DNA of 64,000 nucleotides. Origin: Escherichia coli (GTDB taxonomy: Bacteria; Pseudomonadota; Gammaproteobacteria; Enterobacterales; Enterobacteriaceae). A program made the position numbers and the translations under genes. Positions within the stretch are counted from its first letter, which is position 1. Each line of letters starts with the position of its first letter. The notes under the pieces are model-generated. The model worked only from the letters and a program-made list of their open reading frames with translations, did no database searches and was not told the origin of the DNA. The stretch lies in assembly GCF_036507355.1 (NCBI RefSeq), contig NZ_AP027877.1, one strand, 5' to 3'. Positions 24,662 through 35,611 of the stretch are shown piece after piece.

Positions 24662-25564
24662 TTATTGATAAACAAAAGTCACGCCAATAATCGATTGCAC
24701 ATTCCCTGCAGTCACCTGCCCTCCGGTACGTGCGTAATTTGCCGTTAATCCCAGACTTACCGCCGAAGTTCCTACTGCTCCTAACGATACCGTGTTATTC
24801 GCTGGAATAATCGCACCGTTGCGCGTCAACTGTACGCCGACGCCCTGCGCTGGTGAAAACGACGCGGTATTGGTGAAAATCGAGTTGCCCGCATCTGCGG
24901 TTGTGCCGGAGAGGTAATACCCCAGGTTTTGGCTTTTCGCACAATAAACGGTAAGAGGAATTGGCACTGAACCAGGGTAGTCCGGCAGAGTAACGGTGAC
25001 ATCACGAGCAGAAACATCACAGCCGCCAGTGGGCACCACCACATCATTATTGGCGTAAATATTCCACACAAACTGGAAATCATCGCTGTTATAGTTGTTG
25101 GTCTGTCGCAAAATAAGCACGGCAATTAATGAGCCAGCTTTAATCGCCACCCCGCCCGCACTGCTCACAGGCGTCAAATAAAGCGCCACCGGCCACGGCT
25201 TATCCGTTCTCGAATTATAAACAACCCGCGGCGTTTCGCTGGTGGTCGGAAATGGATAGCTACTGCCACTATATTTTACGGTCCCGGAAAAATTAGATAA
25301 CACGCCGCCATAAGCCGAGCCTCGTTGCAGTGTGACATAGTCTGTAATGGTTTCCGGATAATCGTTATGGCAAAAGATTTGCGTCGAAAGATCTACGACC
25401 AGGTTTTGCCCCACATTCACGGCAGGCGCAAGGTTTACATAAACATTAGCGCTGCCACCACCAATAGGGATAGCGGTACCATTGGCGGTTTTACAGGCGA
25501 ATGACCAGGCATTTACCGACCAGCCCATCAGCAGTACAGCAAACAGGGTAATAACTCGTTTCAT
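24662..25564 (-). CDS. fimH: Type 1 fimbrial adhesin
   Basis: 300-aa ORF MKRVITLFAVLLMGWSVNAWSFACKTANGTAIPIGGGSANVYVNLAP... Confidence 0.9.
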   Translation of the reverse strand: MKRVITLFAVLLMGWSVNAWSFACKTANGTAIPIGGGSANVYVNLAPAVNVGQNLVVDLSTQIFCHNDYPETITDYVTLQRGSAYGGVLSNFSGTVKYSGSSYPFPTTSETPRVVYNSRTDKPWPVALYLTPVSSAGGVAIKAGSLIAVLILRQTNNYNSDDFQFVWNIYANNDVVVPTGGCDVSARDVTVTLPDYPGSVPIPLTVYCAKSQNLGYYLSGTTADAGNSIFTNTASFSPAQGVGVQLTRNGAIIPANNTVSLGAVGTSAVSLGLTANYARTGGQVTAGNVQSIIGVTFVYQ

Positions 25565-25583
25565 TACAATTATCTCTTCGGGT

Positions 25584-26087
25584 TCAGCTGTAGGTATAGG
25601 TGATGCTAATCACTGCCTGAATGGTTCCCTGAGTGGCTCCGCCATTTACCGTCAATGCTCTGACCTGTAACGGGAAGTGCGCTGATTGTGAGGAATCATC
25701 CACCTGAACTGTTTTGGTTGCGCCAGTATTCAATGTGTTGCCACTGTCATCCTGTAGCTCTAACTGGATGTTTTGCGCGGTCCCCTGGTTTTTATAATAT
25801 CCGGTATTGTCGGCTGCCCCGCTGAAGCTGGCAGTGACCCTCGACGTTCCCACCGGACAATTAGTCAACTCAAGCGCAACATCATGCCAGGCCGATGCCG
25901 CCCCGGCAGACATCAGACTGAAAGAATAAAGATCGCCGAGATCAACCGTGGCATTGGTGGTGGAAACTGTGCACGGTTTGGCGACGACCTTACCGTTCAC
26001 CGTGATGGTGACATCGGCTGCCTGTATCGTCGCACTTGCGAGCGCCAATATTGCCGCCAATAAATACCCACGTTTGCGCCATTTCAT
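25584..26087 (-). CDS. fimG: Type 1 fimbrial minor subunit
   Basis: Pilin-like ORF with signal peptide; start taken at MKWRKRGYLL. Confidence 0.85.
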   Translation of the reverse strand: MKWRKRGYLLAAILALASATIQAADVTITVNGKVVAKPCTVSTTNATVDLGDLYSFSLMSAGAASAWHDVALELTNCPVGTSRVTASFSGAADNTGYYKNQGTAQNIQLELQDDSGNTLNTGATKTVQVDDSSQSAHFPLQVRALTVNGGATQGTIQAVISITYTYS

Positions 26088-26099
26088 GAGCATCTCCAG

Positions 26100-26630
26100 T
26101 TACTGATATTCAAGAGTGAAGGTAGCCGTGGCATTGATATGCCCCGCAGTGACAGGCACCTGTGTCGCCATTAGCCGGGCGTAAAAATTCAACGTATTTG
26201 GTTTACCCGGCGTCAGGGTCGTCCACGAAATCGCGGACGATGGAGCATTAAGGGGTATCTGATTTTGCTGCTCATTCAGAAGCTGTATTCCCAATCCCGA
26301 AGCCGCTGACACCGTATTTTCAAGTGCAAGCAGGTTGGCATTGTGGCTATCTGCAACACCGGTAAACCCAACCTTTACGGCAGAAAGGGCGTTACCACAG
26401 GGTGACAGCAAAATACGAAATGGAACGACAGGAGTCGTTGCGCCAATGTTGTTAAATTGCTTCGCCGCGTTTTCCATCAGATCAACAGTAAAATTGGTTG
26501 ATTCAGCGGCCACACTACAGCCGTTATCTCTGACATAGCCGCGGATAGTAATCGTGCTATCCGCAGCCAAAACGCGACTTACCGCCAGCCACAAAAAAGC
26601 GCACAGAAGATAAAAAGGTTTGTTTCTCAT
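26100..26630 (-). CDS. fimF: Type 1 fimbrial minor subunit
   Basis: From [17 protein letters not shown]...; pilin-like. Confidence 0.85.
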   Translation of the reverse strand: MRNKPFYLLCAFLWLAVSRVLAADSTITIRGYVRDNGCSVAAESTNFTVDLMENAAKQFNNIGATTPVVPFRILLSPCGNALSAVKVGFTGVADSHNANLLALENTVSAASGLGIQLLNEQQNQIPLNAPSSAISWTTLTPGKPNTLNFYARLMATQVPVTAGHINATATFTLEYQ

Positions 26631-26639
26631 CACGCCCCC

Positions 26640-29276
26640 TTAACGACATTCAGCTGATAGCTGGGTTAATAACTGCTGCTGACTCTCTGGTGGCAGTTGA
26701 TAATTGGCGATACAGTGAGCATTTTCCTCTTCTCCCCATTTCACCTGAACTTTTCCCGCTAGAGGCATTCCGCTGAGGTAAACCTGACCATTATCCGCAA
26801 CAATGCCGCTACTCTGGCTACTCTCTGATGTCACCATCGCCCCAAACGGCAGCGGCTTATTATTGTGGGTTAGCGTCATGAGCAGTTTTATCCCAACGCG
26901 CGCTTTAAACTCTGCTCGCACGATCGCCCCACGAGTGGGAACAACGTTAGCGACCGCGTTATCTAAATCGACGTTATCAGCCAGGGTATTGGTATCCAGC
27001 GCCACTCTGTTTTCCCGATATTCGGTGGCATAAGGCAGCACGGCATAACCGCGCCAGTCGGTACGCACCCCCGTCTGGTTTTCGACTTTTGCATCTTTTG
27101 CGCCAGGCGCTTTAACAAGTACCACCGTATCGTTTAACGGCTGCCCCAGCGTTACACCATTGGCATGAGCCAGTACCCCACCGCTGACTCCGTAATAGAG
27201 CTGCTTAATATCATCGCTATGGCTGTAACCGATATTGGCATTGCCGTAACCACCGCGATAATTCAGCGTGGCGTAGCCTGTACTTCCGCTATTACCATCA
27301 CCTCCCCCGGCATAGCCGGTTTGCACGCAATAGCTGAGGTTGTTGTCTTCCAGCAACGTACCGTATACACCAGCCAGATTGGTCATCCGACCGTTGAGAT
27401 CGTGTGACATGCTGTAGCTGGCACTGGCATGTCGCCACTGAGATTTACTGTCAGAACGCAGCCAGTGGCTGAAAGGAATATTGACGTTAAGCGCTAACAT
27501 CTGATCACGTCCTTTTTGCCAGGCGTTTTTCGTCAGGCTATAGCTGAGCGTCCAGTTGATATCTTCGAACGCAGTATTTAAACCAGCCTGGAATTGCTCA
27601 TCGACATTACTCGTTCCCCAATAAGTTTGATGGCTACCACTCAAATACAGTGTTGATGAGCGCCCGAGTTGCTGAGTAACGGTGAGTTGTAATTTCCCGC
27701 GTTTGTTATAAGCGAGGTTGTAATAGTCGGTGAATTTCGGCTTAACCTGAATAACTCCATCCTGTGTTTCGATGTTGTAGCCATTCATTCGACTGTATGT
27801 TGTATCAGCGAAATTAAAATATCCGCTGGTCGAATAACGGTAACCCACTAACTGAATATTCGTGCCTGACTCATTGAGCGATTTGTTATAGAGAAAACGC
27901 ACCGATTGTCCGTCATGCTGACTGTCATCGGGAAGTGTGGAATTAGCCTGAGTCATATCCACAGACAGAGCGCCCAGTGCCCCCATATTTTTCCCGATAC
28001 CAAAATTAAAAGCACGATAACGATCTGCCAGTTGCGTTCCACCATATATTGTCCAGCCAGCCGGAAGGCCGTGGAGTAATGTACTTTGGAAAAAGCGGGG
28101 TTTTTCCTGTTGCGCATTTCCACTACGGTATTCTCCTGCCATAATGGAATAACGAGTATGCCCTTCACGTTGCAAAAGCGGGACTGACGAATAGGGTACG
28201 GTAAAAATCTGCGTGCTGCCGTCAGCCTCTTTAATCGTTACCTGCAAGTCACCACTATTACCTGCGGCATAGATATCGTTGATGGTAAAAGGCCCCGGCG
28301 GCACCGTACTATTATAAATGTCATACCCATTTTGTTTAATAGTGACCTGTGCAGTACCACGAGCAATACCGTGGATCACCGGGGCAAATCCTCTTTGGCT
28401 ATCGGGTAACATATTGTCATCTGAGGCCAATTGTGCGCCGCGAAAGTTAATACCATCGAAAATATCGCCCTGAGTATAACCATCACCCAGCGTCAGCCGG
28501 GAACGTAACGGTATTATGTCTCGCTCAAGCCAGGTATTGATATGCTGCCATTTATTTTTGCTATTTGATGAACTGTCGCTACTGTTATAACTCCAGCTGG
28601 TATTGTCGCGTAAACGCCACGCACCAATATTTAACCCACTCTGTAGGTTTAAATATGCATAATGGCTGTTACCCCCAATCCGATTCTGTACACTATTTCC
28701 GCTGAAATTATAATTGAGCAATCCGGCATTAATACCGGGATCCCATAACTCAGGAGGAATATAACCACGCGCGCGATTACTCATAAATGCCTGAGGGATC
28801 GTCAGGTTGAGTCGCTGCTGACCAACATCTAAATGCGCAGTAGCGTCCTGGACCATTGTGGTTAATGGCACGCAGGCATCATCCGCCAGCAGATTCATAC
28901 CGGAGACAGAAGCCGTATTCAGCCCCATACTGGCAAGTTGCGCGCGTGTCAGGCAGGGAACAATCCCTTGTTCGCTGTCGCCCGTATTAAATGTGACATC
29001 ACGCGTTGCCATATAACCATTATTCAAATAGATATCGACGCGATACGTCCCTGGCGGTAATTCTTGCCCATTTTCAAAACGCGATAAATCGGCCACAGCC
29101 TGGGGATCATCCGCTAAAAAACGCGGGTTAAAATAGAGTTCGGCAGATGACAAAGGTGCCTGTGCGGCAAAAGCACAGGCGACAACGAGCCGGACAAAAA
29201 AACCAGCCAAACGATGCTTACGAATATGCAAGCATTGTGTGTTTCGCTGGTAAAGTCTTAAATTCAGATATGACAT
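26640..29276 (-). CDS. fimD: Fimbrial usher
   Basis: 878-aa outer-membrane usher ORF. Confidence 0.9.
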   Translation of the reverse strand: MSYLNLRLYQRNTQCLHIRKHRLAGFFVRLVVACAFAAQAPLSSAELYFNPRFLADDPQAVADLSRFENGQELPPGTYRVDIYLNNGYMATRDVTFNTGDSEQGIVPCLTRAQLASMGLNTASVSGMNLLADDACVPLTTMVQDATAHLDVGQQRLNLTIPQAFMSNRARGYIPPELWDPGINAGLLNYNFSGNSVQNRIGGNSHYAYLNLQSGLNIGAWRLRDNTSWSYNSSDSSSNSKNKWQHINTWLERDIIPLRSRLTLGDGYTQGDIFDGINFRGAQLASDDNMLPDSQRGFAPVIHGIARGTAQVTIKQNGYDIYNSTVPPGPFTINDIYAAGNSGDLQVTIKEADGSTQIFTVPYSSVPLLQREGHTRYSIMAGEYRSGNAQQEKPRFFQSTLLHGLPAGWTIYGGTQLADRYRAFNFGIGKNMGALGALSVDMTQANSTLPDDSQHDGQSVRFLYNKSLNESGTNIQLVGYRYSTSGYFNFADTTYSRMNGYNIETQDGVIQVKPKFTDYYNLAYNKRGKLQLTVTQQLGRSSTLYLSGSHQTYWGTSNVDEQFQAGLNTAFEDINWTLSYSLTKNAWQKGRDQMLALNVNIPFSHWLRSDSKSQWRHASASYSMSHDLNGRMTNLAGVYGTLLEDNNLSYCVQTGYAGGGDGNSGSTGYATLNYRGGYGNANIGYSHSDDIKQLYYGVSGGVLAHANGVTLGQPLNDTVVLVKAPGAKDAKVENQTGVRTDWRGYAVLPYATEYRENRVALDTNTLADNVDLDNAVANVVPTRGAIVRAEFKARVGIKLLMTLTHNNKPLPFGAMVTSESSQSSGIVADNGQVYLSGMPLAGKVQVKWGEEENAHCIANYQLPPESQQQLLTQLSAECR

Positions 29277-29342
29277 TATTCCTCCGGTTTAAAATCACCC
29301 GGCAGTCAATTCTTTTTATTCAGGCGAAAAATTCCCCCTGCG

Positions 29343-30068
29343 TTATTCCATTACGCCCGTCATTTTTGGGGTAAGTGCACCATAATCATTTATTGTTCGG
29401 TAAGTAATATTGCTTCCTGCATCAGAAGGCAATTTAACCGTGCTTTCGCCCATTGGAGGCACCAAGGCATTTTCAAGAACCCGTGCTCCGGCATTCAACT
29501 CTGTTACCGTCAGGTAATAGGGTGTCGGGTTAATCAGCGTCAGAGAATTCGCGCTACGACGAAATCTTAATTTTTCTGCGGCCTGATCGGGTGGCAACGC
29601 TAATTTAGCCGGACGATAGTACAGTTTAATGCGGCTGATAATTGCGAGCTGTAGCGTATTCTCAGTCAATTTTGATTTATCCATTGACGGAATCGCTTTA
29701 ACGTTCATCCAGAATAAACTTTCCCGGTCCTGTGGCAAGTGGTTATTTGTTGCATCAAGAATACGTAAGGTATTCTCTTTTTTTCCCTTCATCGCAAACA
29801 GAGGAGGCGTCACGATAAAACGACCATCCTTTACACCATCGGCATTTTCCACCCATGATTGAATTAAATAGGTACTATTTTCATCATTATTTGTCACGGC
29901 AAGTTGCACTTGTTTTTGCCCTGCCGGATAAATTACGCGAGTCGCACCTAAGGCCACTCCCGCTTCAGCGCGTCCGGCAACCATCATTGCCATGAACATC
30001 AGGATACCTGCCAGCAAGCAGAATGTTATTTCCTGCGATTTCCTTACATTGACGTTTTTATTACTCAC
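29343..30068 (-). CDS. fimC: Fimbrial periplasmic chaperone
   Basis: 241-aa PapD-like chaperone ORF. Confidence 0.9.
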   Translation of the reverse strand: MSNKNVNVRKSQEITFCLLAGILMFMAMMVAGRAEAGVALGATRVIYPAGQKQVQLAVTNNDENSTYLIQSWVENADGVKDGRFIVTPPLFAMKGKKENTLRILDATNNHLPQDRESLFWMNVKAIPSMDKSKLTENTLQLAIISRIKLYYRPAKLALPPDQAAEKLRFRRSANSLTLINPTPYYLTVTELNAGARVLENALVPPMGESTVKLPSDAGSNITYRTINDYGALTPKMTGVME

Positions 30069-30104
30069 TGTCCTGTTCCTGTTATCACATTATCTGCTGA
30101 ACAA

Positions 30105-30644
30105 TTACTGATAGGTTAAAGAGAACCAGGCCTGGGCATTGGCGATGCCGCCAGTAACCCGATGCCCGGTAGCACGATATTTGGCGATGAAATGTAGCGA
30201 AGTAGAGCCTGAGTAAAGCCGTTTCCAGTTTGCTGGAGGACGATTAATCGGTACGAGGTTTCCTTCATCATCAAACAACGCTACGCCAATATTGGTGGCT
30301 ATCCCTGGCCCCTCTCCCACGGAAAGCACATCCGGATTTTTACCATCCGCGACACCGTGAAACGCCACACCTACACGTTCGCTCACCACCGTGCTACATT
30401 CCCGTAAATGAATAACAAAAGGCACCGGTGCGCTATCTTCCCCTACCGCATGAAACCGGTTACTGCTGATTTGCCCCATATTGACCGTCATTTGTTTATC
30501 ACCGGCTTCAATCCGGCAAGTTTCCGCAATAATGACGCCCTGAAATTGCATATTTCCGCCGGGCAACGTGGTATTCCATTTATTTCCGGCCAGAGCAAAC
30601 ATTGGCAGCAACGACGCTAATAGAAATAATCTCTTCCTTTTCAT
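30105..30644 (-). CDS. fimI: Fimbrin-like protein
   Basis: Start taken at [16 protein letters not shown]; the track extension overlaps fimA. Confidence 0.8.
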   Translation of the reverse strand: MKRKRLFLLASLLPMFALAGNKWNTTLPGGNMQFQGVIIAETCRIEAGDKQMTVNMGQISSNRFHAVGEDSAPVPFVIHLRECSTVVSERVGVAFHGVADGKNPDVLSVGEGPGIATNIGVALFDDEGNLVPINRPPANWKRLYSGSTSLHFIAKYRATGHRVTGGIANAQAWFSLTYQ

Positions 30645-30708
30645 CGTTATTTTTATCGCACAAGGGTGGGCATCCCTGCCCGTAATAACGTCCCTGAACC
30701 TGGGTAGG

Positions 30709-31263
30709 TTATTGATACTGAACCTTGAAGGTCGCATCCGCATTAGCTGCGCCAGGGGTTGCGACACCGGTTGCATAATAACGCGCCTGGAACGGAATGG
30801 TGTTAGTACCGTTATTCAGGGTTGTTTGCTCACTGAATGTCGCACCATCCAGCGTCAGCGCAGCACCCGTTCTGTCCAGGATCTGCACACCAACGTTTGT
30901 TGCACTACCTGCAGCAGAACTCTGCAGAGCCAGTACTTTAGGATGAGCACTGTCAATCGCAGTCCCCAAGAAGGCAACAGCGGCTTTTGTGGCAACACTG
31001 GTATCGCAATCATTCAGCTGAATGTTAAAACCGACAGCAGAGCTGGTTGCTCCAGTCTGCTTCAGACTAGCGGTACGAACCTGGCCCAACTGAACGGTTT
31101 CATCAACAGAGCCTGCATCAACTGCGCAAGCGGCGTTAACAACTTCCCCTTTAAAGTGAACGGTCCCACCATTTACCGTCGTGGGTGTAGTTTCAGCCAG
31201 AGCCGCTGTAGAACTCAGGGACAGAGCCGACAGAACAACAATTGCCAGAGTTTTAATTTTCAT
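30709..31263 (-). CDS. fimA: Type 1 fimbrial major subunit
   Basis: [23 protein letters not shown]...ATFKVQYQ. Confidence 0.9.
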   Translation of the reverse strand: MKIKTLAIVVLSALSLSSTAALAETTPTTVNGGTVHFKGEVVNAACAVDAGSVDETVQLGQVRTASLKQTGATSSAVGFNIQLNDCDTSVATKAAVAFLGTAIDSAHPKVLALQSSAAGSATNVGVQILDRTGAALTLDGATFSEQTTLNNGTNTIPFQARYYATGVATPGAANADATFKVQYQ

Positions 31264-31382
31264 ACTGCTTTCCTTTCAAAAAACTATTTCTAAATCGACA
31301 TGGGCAGTCGTTCCGTACACTTTGTTTTGTCAACGAGTTTGACTGCCAACACTGCACAGTTTCCCCCCAAAAGATGAAACAT

Positions 31383-31696
31383 TTGGGGCCATTTTGACTC
31401 ATAGAGGAAAGCATCGCGCACAAACTTTTTCAGTTTATTTGTTGGCTTGATATTCTATTGTTATCTTTATTTATAGATTTTTATATTGCATGAGGTGGTT
31501 TTTGGAGAGAAGAATGAGGAAGTTGCTTCGAGACACAGAAACGTTAGCTTTACATTTAGCGGAGGTGATGTGAAATTAATTTACAAGAGAAATGATTTAC
31601 ATATCAAACAGTTAGATGCTTTTTGTCGTTTTATAATATTTTTATGCTTGAGAAAAAATACGTAACTTATTTATGATATGGACAGTTTTGGCCCCA
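31383..31696. promoter_or_regulatory. fimS: fimS invertible promoter element, 314 bp, bounded by 9-bp inverted repeats TTGGGGCCA / TGGCCCCAA
   Basis: Inverted repeats read at 31383-31391 and 31688-31696; sits between fimE and fimA; contains a TTGAGA-N18-TATGAT promoter-like element on the + strand (31648-31677). Confidence 0.8.
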
Positions 31697-31744
31697 ATTG
31701 TCTTGTATTTATTTGTTTTTTACCTTTACTATCAATAAGTTAAA

Positions 31745-32341
31745 TTAAACCTCTTCTCTTTTTAATTTTTCGTTTATGAGATTATTTCTTTCCCATAATC
31801 CGGCAAAACGAGCAGCATTACTGGTGGTATAACGCACAGTATGGCGAATATTTCGATGCCCGAGATAATCCTGAATTAAACGGGTATCTGCACCACGCTC
31901 CGCCAGTTCATAACCGCAAGCATGCCTTAACATATGAGGATGAGTCTGCGTTACGGTTCCAGCTTCAATACCGGCATCACGAATAATGCGATAGGCCTGC
32001 TGGCGAGAAAGCCGACTCCCGCGGCGAGAAATAAATATGGCGTCGGTCCGGTCAGCGCCTTTCCAGTTAGCACGTTCCAGGGTCCAGCGTTCCACAGCTT
32101 CACGCTCATCAAAACGTAACGGGTGAACGGTAGAAAATCCGTTCTTCAGTCGGCGAATATTTATTCGACCTTCATTAAGGTCAAGATCCTGATAATGCAG
32201 ATCAAGCAGTTCACTAATACGCATCCCATGCCGATATGCCAACAGAATAAGACAATAATCTCTGGCTCCCGTTGCCCCGTAACAAACCGCCTGCATCATG
32301 GCCTGAACTTCTTTACCGGTAAGATAACGACGTTTACTCAC
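31745..32341 (-). CDS. fimE: Fim-switch tyrosine recombinase (ON-to-OFF)
   Basis: 198-aa ORF with a ...HMLRHACGYELAERG...LGHRNIRHTVRYT tyrosine-recombinase C-terminus. Confidence 0.9.
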   Translation of the reverse strand: MSKRRYLTGKEVQAMMQAVCYGATGARDYCLILLAYRHGMRISELLDLHYQDLDLNEGRINIRRLKNGFSTVHPLRFDEREAVERWTLERANWKGADRTDAIFISRRGSRLSRQQAYRIIRDAGIEAGTVTQTHPHMLRHACGYELAERGADTRLIQDYLGHRNIRHTVRYTTSNAARFAGLWERNNLINEKLKREEV

Positions 32342-32818
32342 AATAGTAGTACTCCTAACTGAGATATATTTGAATGAATACCTATAGGAAACCTCAATCG
32401 GTCAAAATTAGCCCAATAGATAAAAAGATAACCACACACGAAGTGATGTGGCTATCAGTCAATTACATTAAATATCATACAAAAATAAAATATCACTGAT
32501 GTGATAACATCTATTTTCATTGATTTGATTCAATATAACAATAGATTGCAGTGGATTAACTTCCAGTTGCTTAAAAAATAAAGGAAAAAGTGCAGAAACA
32601 GGAGAGTTTAAGTGATGTGTAAATTTATGAATGATTTTGTTTATTTATTTTGAAGAACATAAACCATTGTATTTTGTATGGATATGGTTAACTTAATGTT
32701 TATTATGATAATTAAGAATCATACTTACAATAACATCAATTAATAAATGGTTAATCATTTTTGATATATCGTAAGAATAATGTAGTTTTTAACACCATCC
32801 CTGGTATCTCAACTATCT

Positions 32819-33421
32819 CTATAAAACAGCGTGACGCTGTCGTCCTCTGGCTCTATCCCAGATGCCGTAAAAACGCCCTGCATTGCTGGCGGTATACCAG
32901 ACAGTATGACGAATATTGCGATGCCCAAGATAATCCTGGATAAGTCGCGTATCTATTCCCATATTCGCCAAAGCAAAACTACACGAATGGCGTAACATGT
33001 GCGGATGAATCTCCAGTGACAACCCGGCATTACCACCGGAAGTCGAGATAATATGGTAAAACTGTTGCCGAGAAAGCGGATTCCCCTTACGCGATAAAAA
33101 TACCCACTCGCTCTCAGCATGCGGGTACGAAGTACGGATACTCAACCAGTTTTTTAAAGCCTGAACTTCTTTATTCAATAGCGGGTGCGTTGTTGAAAAG
33201 ACTTTTTTTAATCGATGGATATATATACACTTTGCCTTAAGATCAATATCCGAAATCCTCAATCGACAAATTTCACTCGCCCGGAAACCATGAATAAAAC
33301 AAAGCAAAGTCAGACAATAATTACGTGCTGCATGAGGCCCGGTATTTGCTGCTTTAAGGAGTGATTCGATTTCACTATGGGTCAGGAAGTTCCTTTTTTT
33401 GTTATCAGCCTTATTCTTCAT
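32819..33421 (-). CDS. fimB: Fim-switch tyrosine recombinase
   Basis: From MKNKADNKKRNFLTHSEIESLLKAAN; paralogue of fimE. Confidence 0.9.
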   Translation of the reverse strand: MKNKADNKKRNFLTHSEIESLLKAANTGPHAARNYCLTLLCFIHGFRASEICRLRISDIDLKAKCIYIHRLKKVFSTTHPLLNKEVQALKNWLSIRTSYPHAESEWVFLSRKGNPLSRQQFYHIISTSGGNAGLSLEIHPHMLRHSCSFALANMGIDTRLIQDYLGHRNIRHTVWYTASNAGRFYGIWDRARGRQRHAVL

Positions 33422-34436
33422 CGTTTTTCCCTTATAATTACAGACGCGCACTAGCTGTGCTGGGTTAGCAATAATCCAACATTTTTATCCTGATTATGTT
33501 TATAAAAGCGAACGTTTGCTTAATAACTAACGTAAGTGGACCAGTTCTTCTGAGTGAACTTAAATGGAGTAGCAACAGTTAATTATAATAACGTTGCCAT
33601 ACAAACGCCATGCTCTTGCATGCTATGTACCTTTATATATTTATCAATCGGATACGAATCTAATAATAACCCTCATCATTAATGCAACTAATCTTATCTA
33701 TATATCATGTGATATGTTCTGTAACAAGTAAAATCAACATAAAAAATTCAGCAAAATTTAATATTCGTTCAACTAGCCGTCTCACATATGACATTATTAG
33801 TCAACTCCATTTGCCACAAAATGGCTATTTCATGGAGCGCAGTAATTTCTTAGTGGCTATTATCATGCTAATTCTTAGGTCCCTAGCGATTATTCCTGGC
33901 TGATTCGTCAGCTTACGCCATGAGATTGTTACATTCATTTTTATCCTGGAGATATGGGGGAACGCAGGAGATGATTTTTTCATCTACATTCGTTGGTAAA
34001 TATAGCTTTGGTCACTACGACTTAAACCTTCCTCAATCACAGCCATTCGCCGGGCGATACGGCAAACAAACTAAGTGAAACATCATCCTGAAAACACCAA
34101 CATCAACAAGCCTCTCCAGATCGACTTCAGAAGTGACCAGTTACAAGCCACAAACCAAGAAACATATTTCATGATGAGAATTATGCTCAGCCTGATGGCG
34201 GGTAAACACTGATTTTCACCAAGCTCACGGAGTTAGCTTGCAAAGCTTTCCTTGTTTAGACTATAAATAAATTATTTATAAAACAAATAGTTAAACGAAG
34301 ATCTTTAGTTTTTGAAGACCACCGCAAGTGTTCGTCTGGCTTCACATGGCATCTTCCTCTTAGAAAAATATCGACATATTTTGTGACACGAATTGCAAAT
34401 CTGGTTTTGTTGTATGGATTGCGTGATTTTTGTTCT

Positions 34437-34460
34437 GGTATAACAGGTATAAAGGTGCAC
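34437..34460. promoter_or_regulatory. Putative NanR operator (GGTATA repeats) in the fimB-nanC intergenic region
   Basis: GGTATAACAGGTATAAAGGT seen; resembles the NanR GGTATA-repeat operator as I recall it. Confidence 0.4.
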
Positions 34461-34875
34461 CAAGATAGTCAATGAGACAGGGCATCTTGCAATCTATGGC
34501 AAACATCACTTCAGTTCTTTCTCATCGGGTGATGAAAACGCACTTCAGTCTGAAAGGAATATGAAAATGAGATCAACAGACACTCTATTTTATGACTCCG
34601 GGTAAAATGGATTGAGTAAGTGATATAGCTTACGAACATTCAAATCAATTAAACATCAGAAGAGATTTTATACTCAGGTATTTAATCTGGATCTCTGTTT
34701 ATTTAAATAATGTGAAACGAGAATTTTCACAGGAGACCTTATACAAAAAATATAAAATACAGTTACCCGTTGCCAAAGACACTATAAGCCTGGCAAAAAA
34801 TATTACACAACATAAATGCTAATTGTTTATGCGGGCTTTGTATTGCTTTCTGTATCCTACAAATGAGTGAAATTT

Positions 34876-35592
34876 ATGAAAAAGGCTAAAATACTTTCTG
34901 GCGTATTATTACTGTGCTTTTCGTCCCCATTAATTTCTCAGGCTGCGACACTGGACGTACGTGGTGGATATCGTAGTGGAAGCCACGCCTATGAGACTCG
35001 ACTCAAAGTCAGTGAGGGATGGCAAAATGGATGGTGGGCAAGCATGGAAAGTAATACCTGGAATACCATTCATGATAATAAAAAGGAAAATGCCGCACTC
35101 AATGATGTTCAGGTTGAAGTTAATTACGCGATTAAACTTGATGATCAATGGACGGTGCGCCCGGGAATGTTAACGCATTTTAGCAGCAACGGCACACGCT
35201 ACGGACCCTACGTAAAACTGTCCTGGGACGCGACAAAAGATCTTAATTTTGGCATTCGCTATCGTTACGACTGGAAAGCTTACCGACAACAAGACTTATC
35301 TGGTGATATGTCTCGTGATAACGTTCATCGTTGGGATGGATATGTCACTTACCATATTAATAGTGATTTCACCTTCGCATGGCAAACGACGCTATACAGT
35401 AAACAGAACGATTATCGCTATGCAAACCATAAGAAATGGGCGACGGAAAATGCATTTGTTCTACAATACCATATGACGCCCGATATTACGCCATACATAG
35501 AATATGACTACCTTGACCGTCAGGGTGTTTACAACGGCAGAGATAATTTATCGGAAAACAGTTATCGCATTGGTGTGTCATTTAAACTGTAG
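34876..35592 (+). CDS. nanC: N-acetylneuraminic acid outer-membrane channel
   Basis: From MKKAKILSGVLLLCFSSPLISQAATLDVRGGY. Confidence 0.85.
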   Translation: MKKAKILSGVLLLCFSSPLISQAATLDVRGGYRSGSHAYETRLKVSEGWQNGWWASMESNTWNTIHDNKKENAALNDVQVEVNYAIKLDDQWTVRPGMLTHFSSNGTRYGPYVKLSWDATKDLNFGIRYRYDWKAYRQQDLSGDMSRDNVHRWDGYVTYHINSDFTFAWQTTLYSKQNDYRYANHKKWATENAFVLQYHMTPDITPYIEYDYLDRQGVYNGRDNLSENSYRIGVSFKL

Positions 35593-35611
35593 TAGACAGG
35601 AGACAGTCACA

